Source: Methanocella sp.
GTDB taxonomy: Archaea; Halobacteriota; Methanocellia; Methanocellales; Methanocellaceae
Direction: 5' to 3'
Assembly (NCBI RefSeq): GCF_035506375.1
Contig: NZ_DATJPM010000029.1
Location: 6,902 to 30,901 of the forward strand
DNA length: 24,000 nucleotides
The notes below the pieces were generated by a model. The model was not told the origin of the DNA. It searched no databases and was given only the letters and a program-made list of their open reading frames with translations. This document shows positions 1 to 6,078 of this stretch, piece after piece; the stretch's first letter is position 1, and each line of letters begins with the position of its first letter. The translations under genes were made by a program, and so were the position numbers.

Positions 1-165
1 CTCGCAATCGTGAAGCTGGACGAGGGCCCTCACCTGACCACGCAGGTCATCTGTGATCCGGCCGAGGTAAAGATCGGCATGAGGGTGACGAAGGTGTTCC
101 GCAAGATCGGCGAGGACGGCGAGAAAGGCATGATCTACTACGGCACGAAGTTCGTGCCGGCATAA
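1..165 (+). CDS. 3-prime end of a DUF35-type OB-fold/Zn-ribbon protein (partial, continues left of the window)
   Basis: Frame 1 is open from the window edge to TAA at 163-165. The tail is LAIVKLDEGPHLTTQVICDPAEVKIGMRVTKVFRKIGEDGEKGMIYYGTKFVPA. It resembles the C-terminal OB-fold of DUF35 proteins that accompany archaeal thiolase/HMG-CoA synthase. Recognition is by memory of the family only. Confidence 0.45.
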   Translation, partial: LAIVKLDEGPHLTTQVICDPAEVKIGMRVTKVFRKIGEDGEKGMIYYGTKFVPA

Positions 166-197
166 AGGGCTGACATCAGCCCTTCTTTCTTATTTGT
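166..197 (+). terminator. Hairpin plus T-rich tract after the partial CDS
   Basis: A 7-bp stem AGGGCTG (166-172) / CAGCCCT (177-183) with a 4-nt loop is followed directly by TCTTTCTTATTTG. Confidence 0.4.
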
Positions 198-271
198 CGC
201 CGCTGATTTGCCGCTCATAAATCGTCCTCTAAATATACAGAATATATTTGGCTTTTATTAATCTTTAAAAA

Positions 272-280
272 TTTTATATA
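272..280 (+). promoter_or_regulatory. TATA-box-like element in the AT-rich spacer upstream of 471..1982
   Basis: TTTTATATA lies in a very AT-rich stretch (about 230-300). Using it would imply a 5-prime leader of about 165 nt. This is positional inference only. Confidence 0.25.
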
Positions 281-470
281 GTAAACTTTATTCGAATGAA
301 ACGCTAATTCATTATTGTACAAGCAGTCACTTCTTTAGCGTTCGCAGGCCATTCGTTTTTTCTATAAACGAGCGGCATCACTGCGGGCCTGAGGAGTTCG
401 CTACCGCAGTAAAGCGAATCCATTGGCCGGTGGGGCCTTTGAAATGGTAGCAAAATAGGAGGGGTTATAA

Positions 471-1982
471 TTGAGTGAACAGAACGATATTACACGGCTG
501 GCCGCAATGGCATTCATAGTACTTATCACTACGGTTGTGCTTATCAACGCTGCCGGTTCGATACTAAAGATAGATATCATAGGAAAAAGCACTGCCAGCG
601 GGCTGGTATATAAACCACCGCCCATTTATGTCAACCCGTCGATCATCGCGAACTTACCCACGCCGACGCCAACGCCGGCGCCCATCGTGATAAAACCGCC
701 AATTTATGTCAACCCGTCGATCATCGTGAAATTACCCACGCCCACGCCCACGCCCACCCCTGGGCCTATCGTGATAATACCGCCCATTTACATCAACCCG
801 TCGATCATCGCGAACTTACCCACGCCCACGCCCACCCCGGGACCGATACTCAGGCTCCCGCCGGGTGCCTTAGTTCCGAAGACATATATCCCGCCCAATA
901 TCATTCCAGGCAATATTGTACCGGGTAACACGGGCCAGGCCGGCGGCGACATTACGACGGTCACGCCGCTGCCTCCCGACACGCAGATACCCTCGCCCCG
1001 TCCCGGTGCAGTCGGGTCACCGGCGAGCCTGTGTCTGGATTCCATGGGGTATATCGCCAATAATGACAGCACTTTGACCGTGGACATCATCAGGCAGGGC
1101 GGCGACGGCATGGTATTTTACGAGATCGATGGGCTCAGGGGCAACATCGATCCCGCCGCTGCCGGGTGGTCGAACGTGAAGGGGGCCAGCGATTCGCCGG
1201 GCCAGACCATGGAGATGAAGATCTCGCTGAAGATACCGGCCGATAACAGTCTCGCGGGAAAATACTTCAATATCGTGCTCAAGCCCTTATCGCCCGAGAA
1301 TACGAAGGAGAGCGTGCCCTTCATGGCCACCATTACCATCCCCGACCTGAACGCGCCTCCGCAGCAGGCCACGGTCAGCTTCGATGCCGACGCGTACAGC
1401 CTGAACAAGGGCGGCTCGGCGCTGGTCACGATCCAGAGGACCGGGGGTAGCGGTGTCGTCTGGGTGAACGTCGTGGCCTACCCGGCCGCGGCGGACGGCA
1501 GCCCCGACCCGAACCCGAGCATGGTGAACTGCTGGTGGATGAACTCCTACAGCACGGCCCCGGGCGATAACATCCAGTTCGAGGTCCGCGCGAGCCAGGA
1601 CGTGAAGTCCGACGACGGCCTTGTGTTCCACCTGCCGCCCGCGGGCAGCACCGTGGACACGAGCGGTGACCTGGTCTATTACATGGACCTGACGCCCCTC
1701 GACAGCAGGCTGGCCGCAGCGGGAGAACCGTGGCGGGCTAAGGTGACGCTGCACAACGGCAACACGACCATCACGCCGATAACCACGACAGCGGCCGCAA
1801 AGACCGGCTCGCTATCGTCCGGCGGCTCGACCATCAACCAGGACATCAACACGATCGGAGGGAACAATGGCCAGGGCGATTCTGGCCAGGCAGTGGAGCT
1901 CAACCCGCAGCCTGAGCCGCCGGCGCCGGACTTCATAACGGGCATCGTGAACTGGTTCAAGGGATTGTTTGGGATGCACTGA
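471..1982 (+). CDS. Secreted/anchored cell-surface protein: N-terminal signal anchor, three proline-rich tandem repeats, two Calx-beta-like domains
   Basis: - TTG start is preceded by the SD-like TAGGAGGGG (456-464).
- The N-terminal hydrophobic helix is LAAMAFIVLITTVVLINAAG.
- The repeat is 3 x PPIY[VI]NPSII..LPTPTPTP..PI.
- The segments ATVSFDADAYSLNKGGSALVTIQRTGGSGVVWVNV and KYFNIVLKPL...ATITIPD resemble the start and end signatures of Calx-beta domains. Confidence 0.75.
   Translation: MSEQNDITRLAAMAFIVLITTVVLINAAGSILKIDIIGKSTASGLVYKPPPIYVNPSIIANLPTPTPTPAPIVIKPPIYVNPSIIVKLPTPTPTPTPGPIVIIPPIYINPSIIANLPTPTPTPGPILRLPPGALVPKTYIPPNIIPGNIVPGNTGQAGGDITTVTPLPPDTQIPSPRPGAVGSPASLCLDSMGYIANNDSTLTVDIIRQGGDGMVFYEIDGLRGNIDPAAAGWSNVKGASDSPGQTMEMKISLKIPADNSLAGKYFNIVLKPLSPENTKESVPFMATITIPDLNAPPQQATVSFDADAYSLNKGGSALVTIQRTGGSGVVWVNVVAYPAAADGSPDPNPSMVNCWWMNSYSTAPGDNIQFEVRASQDVKSDDGLVFHLPPAGSTVDTSGDLVYYMDLTPLDSRLAAAGEPWRAKVTLHNGNTTITPITTTAAAKTGSLSSGGSTINQDINTIGGNNGQGDSGQAVELNPQPEPPAPDFITGIVNWFKGLFGMH
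618..857 (+). repeat. In-frame tandem repeat, 3 copies (78, 84, 78 nt) encoding PPIYVNPSIIANLPTPTPTP(A/G)PIVI-like units
   Basis: The copies sit at 618-695, 696-779 and 780-857. The core ATTTATGTCAACCCGTCGATCATCG(C/T)GAA(C/A)TTACCCACGCC is nearly identical at the DNA level in all three. Confidence 0.9.
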
Positions 1983-1988
1983 ACCATC

Positions 1989-2004
1989 CCTCTTTTCTTT
2001 TTTT
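1989..2004 (+). terminator. Oligo-T tract between convergent genes
   Basis: CTCTTTTCTTTTTTT lies 7 nt after the TGA of 471..1982. Archaeal termination typically uses oligo-T runs. Confidence 0.35.
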
Positions 2005-2028
2005 AAAGGCATTATAACATGAGCCCCG

Positions 2029-2814
2029 CTATCGCATTGCCTCTGTCGGGGGGACGATGCCGAAGATCTTCCGGGCGTTCAGCTCGCCGACCATCTTTAT
2101 TTTATCCTCGACGGCCCCGTGCATTTTTAAAAGGTGTACGGTGCGGGGCACGCCTAAAACGTCCGTCGGGTTCGACGAGGCGTCCGTGTTCAGCACCAGC
2201 ATGCCCGCGTCAAGCCGCTCCACGATATCGGCCGCCTGCTGCGGCGTGAGCTTTGAGGGCTGGACCGTGAGGCCGGCGTTGTAGCCCCCGTCCAGGATAA
2301 GAGGGGTTGTTTCCTGGTCGGCGTGGTCGACTACGACCTTTTTCTTATCGAGCGGGCGGGTGGAGAGTATATCCAGTATGTCCCTCGTTACCATGAGCTT
2401 ATTCGAGCGGGGCGTATGGACGATGATGGGTAAGCGGTATTTTACCGAGAGGTCGAGCTGGCGCTCGAGCAGGCCGATCTCGAATGGGCTACCCGTCTCA
2501 AGCCCGGTTTCGCCGATGGCGAGCACTTTCCTGTCACCCTTTGCCAGGTACGATTCGAGTAGCTCGAGACATTTATCCGGGTCATCCGGCCGTATGCGGG
2601 GATGCAGGCCCAGGCAGACATGGAGGCGGAGCCCGGACCTCCCGACACGCGACTTTTCGGAGAACAGCCGCTCGAAATGGTCTTTAATGACCACGCTGGT
2701 ACTCATGCGCATGGGGTCGTGGGCGAGCGTCAGGACGTCAGTTATGCCGGCCAGCGCCATGGCCTCGAAGTCCTCGTAGGGCCTGGTATCCACGTGAGTA
2801 TGCGTATCAATCAT
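2029..2814 (-). CDS. TatD-family metal-dependent hydrolase
   Basis: I shortened the ORF to the ATG at 2814, giving MIDTHTHVDTRPYEDF with the HxH motif at the extreme N-terminus, as in TatD/amidohydrolase-fold proteins. Further His/Asp motifs are present (LHPR, IVHTPR, VVVDHAD). A TATA-like TTTTATTT (reverse complement of about 2853-2860) lies inside the rejected N-terminal extension. Confidence 0.7.
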   Translation of the reverse strand: MIDTHTHVDTRPYEDFEAMALAGITDVLTLAHDPMRMSTSVVIKDHFERLFSEKSRVGRSGLRLHVCLGLHPRIRPDDPDKCLELLESYLAKGDRKVLAIGETGLETGSPFEIGLLERQLDLSVKYRLPIIVHTPRSNKLMVTRDILDILSTRPLDKKKVVVDHADQETTPLILDGGYNAGLTVQPSKLTPQQAADIVERLDAGMLVLNTDASSNPTDVLGVPRTVHLLKMHGAVEDKIKMVGELNARKIFGIVPPTEAMR

Positions 2815-2906
2815 TGGATGGATATAGGATGCCGCGGGGCATAATCGTATCGAAATAAAAGGGGAGGGCGGAGGTGAGCGCCCTCGGGCTGCCATGCTTA
2901 ATGATA

Positions 2907-3812
2907 TTACTTGCTCGACGTCGAGTTGTTCAGCAGGTCGGCGTAGAACAGCGGCCTTCCATACTGGGCCTGGCCGTACTCGGCTATCTTCTGCTGCGTC
3001 GGCTGGCTCGCCAGGTAGTCGATGAGCTTTTTCGCCATCGGGTAGTTGACCGACGGGTACTCCGTCTGGTTGACCGCGATCACGTCGTACTTGTTGATGA
3101 GCGTGACGGGGTCGTTCTCCACCAGTATGGTCAGGTTGAGGCTCTTCGACAGAGACTCGTAGGTGGCGATGTCGCTCAGCGTATAGGCCTGAAGCTGGTC
3201 CGCCATGCGCAGGGTATCGCCCATGCCCGAGCCGGTCGCCTTATACCAGGTGTTGGTCACGTTCGAAGGGACGGCCTTGAGGCTGGTCTTATTCCAGATA
3301 TCCCTGTTCTTTGTATCCGTGCCCGACGCGTCGACCCTCGCGACGAACGTCGACTTCGCCTGGGCGATCTTATCGTACGCCTGGGTGGCGTTCAGGCCCT
3401 TGATGCCCGCCGGATCGCTCGTGGGGCCGACGATCACGAAGAAGTTATGGGCGAACTGGGTCCTATTCCAGCCGTGGCCCTGGTTCATGAAGGTCGTCTC
3501 GGCCGCCGGGCTGTGCACGATGAGCACGTCCACGTCGCCGCTGGCGCCGTAGGCGATGGCCTGGCCGGAGCCCGCCGACAGGACCTGGACATTGACGTTA
3601 TTCTCCTTCTCGAAGTCGGGCAGGATGTAGTTGAGAAGGCCCGAGTCGTTCACGCTCGTGGTCGTCGCGAGCTTCAGCGTCTGTACGGGCGCCGTCGTAG
3701 GCACCGGCGTCGCCGTTGCGTTGCCGGCCTGGTTCGTGCAGCCGGACAGCGGCACTGCAATGGCTATAAAGACCATTGTTATGATCAAGAGTTTCAATAA
3801 TTTATTGGACAT
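2907..3812 (-). CDS. tupA: TupA-type tungstate (oxyanion) ABC transporter substrate-binding lipoprotein
   Basis: - Start is moved to the ATG at 3812 (MSNKLLKLLIITMVFIAIAVPLSGC), preceded by the SD-like GAAGAGG.
- The signal peptide ends in a lipobox-like LSGC.
- The mature part contains LKLATTTSVNDSGLLNYILPDFEK...SAGSGQAIAYGASGDVDVLIVHSPAAE...FVIVGPTSDPAGIKG.
- This closely matches the TTTS...DSGLL...GTG...GD.DV.LVH signature of TupA. Confidence 0.8.
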   Translation of the reverse strand: MSNKLLKLLIITMVFIAIAVPLSGCTNQAGNATATPVPTTAPVQTLKLATTTSVNDSGLLNYILPDFEKENNVNVQVLSAGSGQAIAYGASGDVDVLIVHSPAAETTFMNQGHGWNRTQFAHNFFVIVGPTSDPAGIKGLNATQAYDKIAQAKSTFVARVDASGTDTKNRDIWNKTSLKAVPSNVTNTWYKATGSGMGDTLRMADQLQAYTLSDIATYESLSKSLNLTILVENDPVTLINKYDVIAVNQTEYPSVNYPMAKKLIDYLASQPTQQKIAEYGQAQYGRPLFYADLLNNSTSSK

Positions 3813-3941
3813 AATAAACCTCTTCCATATACTACTTATGCAGAATAAATAAACGTAGCGTAAGTAAAAGCGATTGCCGGGATCGAAAAAACATCCCTGA
3901 GTTTTAGTGAACAGTTTCAATTTTCCGAAGCATTATTTGTC

Positions 3942-5405
3942 ATGGCTTATGGTAAATATTTAATAGGATGGGGGTTAAACATCGCTCCTATGGCTCCTGA
4001 AATGCAGCGCAAGCTGGCCCTGTTCGCCTGCCTGCTGCTCGTTCTCGCCGGCCTCCTGACCATGGTGCCGGACGCCTGGCTCCTCGGCCCGCAGGCCGCG
4101 TGCCACAGCTGCCACGAGGCGCAGTACCCGGCCAGCCACCTTCTTTACAGGACGAACTACATGGGCTATAACTCGCTGTGCTCCTTCGCCCCCTTCAGCA
4201 CGCTCATCCTCATCGGCACCGCCATGCTCATATTCCTCACGACGTTCCGCATCAAGTTCGAGCACTGGGGCCCGCAGTACCGCCTGATCGCGGGCATCGT
4301 GCTCTTAGCGTTCGCCGTGCTCACGGTGCTGCCGGCGCAGACTGAATACAGGGACCTGCTGGGATACAGCACGCTGGACCCGCTGGTGCCGGCGAGCACC
4401 ATTATCTTGCTGGCCCTGGCGGCCGCCGCCCTCATGGGCTATATCGTTTGCCCCTTCCTGATCATTATGAGATGCCGCTGCCCTGTCCTCGAAAAAGAGA
4501 TGGACTCGAATTACTCCCCAGACCGGGCGATCTTACGCTATTTGAAGATGGCCGCCACGGGAAAGCTGAGCGACGAGGACGTGCGCCGCCTGTACCGGTG
4601 CACGCTGTGCAACGGCTGCTGGATGGCCTGGTTTAACCGTAGCACGCGCGCCATGGCCGTGGGAAAAGGCATCGTGCCGGCCCACCTTGCCTCGATTAAA
4701 GGTTCAGTTGCCGCATACGGGAACCCCTATGGCATCGCGATTTCGGCGGACGGCGGGGAGCTGAAGGGCGCCGATACGGATACCGTGCTGTTCAAGGGCT
4801 GTACGGCGCGCTTCAAGGCCCCGGAGATACTCGCGGCCGCACGGGAATTGCTCGATAAAAAAGGCATTAAGTATAAACTCCTGGAAGGCGAGACCTGCTG
4901 CGGATATACGCTATATAATTTAGGCGACATCGACGCAGGAAATGCCGCCGTGGACAGAAATATCAAGGCCTTCCGGGACACGGGCGTGAAGCGCATCATA
5001 ACTATATGCCCCGGCTGCTACTCGGCCTTCAATAAATACTATAATGGGCGTGGCGGGTTCGACGTCGATGTCGCCCTGGCCATGGACCTGCTCAAGGATA
5101 TGAAGGTGCCGGCAAAGGGCGTGACGATACACGACCCGTGCCACGCCAAAGAGAAGAGCGAGACGGCCCACGGCATGCTCATGGGTGCCAGGGAAGACGG
5201 GACCGGCGCCTGCTGCGGGGCCGGCGGCGGCGTAATGTCCTTCGACCGGATGCTTGCCGGCGCGAGGGCCGGGAGGATCCTGGAGGAGAACGAGAGCACC
5301 GTCGTTACCTATTGCCCGTTCTGCTACCTCAACCTTTCGAGGGCCGGCGAAAAAAGGGTCGCCGACCTGTACGTTGTCCTGGCTCAGGGTGGCTTAAATG
5401 GTTGA
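3942..5405 (+). CDS. Membrane-anchored (about 4 TM) Fe-S protein with two CCG cysteine-rich domains (HdrD/DsrK/GlpC-like) and an N-terminal CXXCH
   Basis: - Hydrophobic helices occupy aa 25-42, 83-103, 115-131 and 150-175.
- CHSCH is at aa 54-58 (nt 4101-4115), in the predicted outside loop.
- The C-terminal half carries CTLCNGC, then the CCG-domain motifs FKGCTARF...ETCCGY...ICPGC and HDPCHAKE...GACCGAGGG...YCPFC.
- The start is uncertain. ATG 3990 (MAPEMQRK) is an alternative, preceded by the TATA-like AAATATTTAATA at 3953-3964. Confidence 0.75.
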   Translation: MAYGKYLIGWGLNIAPMAPEMQRKLALFACLLLVLAGLLTMVPDAWLLGPQAACHSCHEAQYPASHLLYRTNYMGYNSLCSFAPFSTLILIGTAMLIFLTTFRIKFEHWGPQYRLIAGIVLLAFAVLTVLPAQTEYRDLLGYSTLDPLVPASTIILLALAAAALMGYIVCPFLIIMRCRCPVLEKEMDSNYSPDRAILRYLKMAATGKLSDEDVRRLYRCTLCNGCWMAWFNRSTRAMAVGKGIVPAHLASIKGSVAAYGNPYGIAISADGGELKGADTDTVLFKGCTARFKAPEILAAARELLDKKGIKYKLLEGETCCGYTLYNLGDIDAGNAAVDRNIKAFRDTGVKRIITICPGCYSAFNKYYNGRGGFDVDVALAMDLLKDMKVPAKGVTIHDPCHAKEKSETAHGMLMGAREDGTGACCGAGGGVMSFDRMLAGARAGRILEENESTVVTYCPFCYLNLSRAGEKRVADLYVVLAQGGLNG

Positions 5406-6078
5406 TGTGCCCTTTGAAGGCCTCACGGTCGTGGAGCAATTCCACAGCCGGAAAAATAAGGTCTACCTGGTCGAGCGGGGCGGATGGCGCCTCGTCTTAA
5501 AGGTTTACGAGAACGGCCGCTGCAAGAACGAGGCCAGGACGCTTCGGGCGGCTCGAAGGGCAGGGATCGCGGTACCCGAAGTCGTGGACGTGGGCGATAA
5601 CGCGCTCCTCCTTGAGCTCATACCCGGCAGGTCCGTCAACGATTATCTGAATACGCCGTCCATGGGCGAAAAAGCGCTTGGCGTGGCCGCCTGGCTGGCC
5701 GCTTTTCACGGGGCTTTCCGCTCGGGCGATGAAGTGCTGGTCAAGTCGGACGCGATCTTTAAGAACTTCCTCGTCTCCGACCGCATCTATGGCATCGACT
5801 TCGAGCTGTCCCACCGGGGCCGGCCCGAGGAGGACGTGGGCGAGGCGCTCGCCTATTTACTCGATACCGAGCCCATGTTCTCGGAGGAAAAATATGCACT
5901 CGGCCGGCGATTCATCGGTCGCTACGAGGGGGATTCCGGGATAGCGCTAAAGAATATCGACGCCTTCGTCGCTAATTCCCTGAGACAGGCCGCAGAGTTC
6001 CGTCCGGGCCAGAGGGAGCTGTTATTAAAAAAGGCCCGGGATATCGAAGATTCGAGGCCTTTTACGCCTCGCCGATAA
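5398..6078 (+). CDS. Small atypical protein kinase, Bud32/RIO/LPS-kinase-like
   Basis: - The ATG overlaps the upstream stop (ATGGTTGA, 5398-5405).
- It has a kinase-like N-lobe (VYLVERGGWRLVLKVY...NEARTLRAARRAGIAVPEVVDV...LLLELIPG).
- The catalytic-loop-like SDAIFKNFLV has D and N spaced as in HRDxxxxN.
- IDFELS sits in place of DFG.
- Subfamily assignment is uncertain. Confidence 0.55.
   Translation: MVDVPFEGLTVVEQFHSRKNKVYLVERGGWRLVLKVYENGRCKNEARTLRAARRAGIAVPEVVDVGDNALLLELIPGRSVNDYLNTPSMGEKALGVAAWLAAFHGAFRSGDEVLVKSDAIFKNFLVSDRIYGIDFELSHRGRPEEDVGEALAYLLDTEPMFSEEKYALGRRFIGRYEGDSGIALKNIDAFVANSLRQAAEFRPGQRELLLKKARDIEDSRPFTPRR

Noticed and set aside
401-625. 74-aa minus-strand ORF across the start of 471-1982
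   Set aside because: It overlaps the SD and start of a much better supported gene. It has no signals of its own.
618-857. Tandem repeats considered as a possible CRISPR or other non-coding array
   Set aside because: The units are directly adjacent with no spacers. They are in frame within a long ORF and encode a coherent Pro-rich peptide repeat.
788-1987. Several minus-strand ORFs (788-1111, 1118-1429, 1287-1754, 1679-1987)
   Set aside because: All are antisense to, and mutually overlapping within, the 471-1982 gene. That gene has an SD, a signal anchor and in-frame repeats.
2815-2895. N-terminal extension of the TatD ORF (MAARGRSPPPSPF...)
   Set aside because: The extension is Pro/Arg-rich and contains a TATA-like element. 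The family's HxH motif normally sits at the extreme N-terminus, which fits the ATG at 2814.
2874-3800. 308-aa plus-strand ORF
   Set aside because: It lies entirely antisense to the well-supported tupA gene. Its translation is R/V/G/D/L-rich low complexity, typical of shadow ORFs in GC-rich coding DNA. It has no SD or motifs.
3813-3920. N-terminal extension of the tupA ORF
   Set aside because: The ATG at 3812 gives a canonical signal peptide plus lipobox and has an SD. The upstream extension is AT-rich promoter-like DNA.
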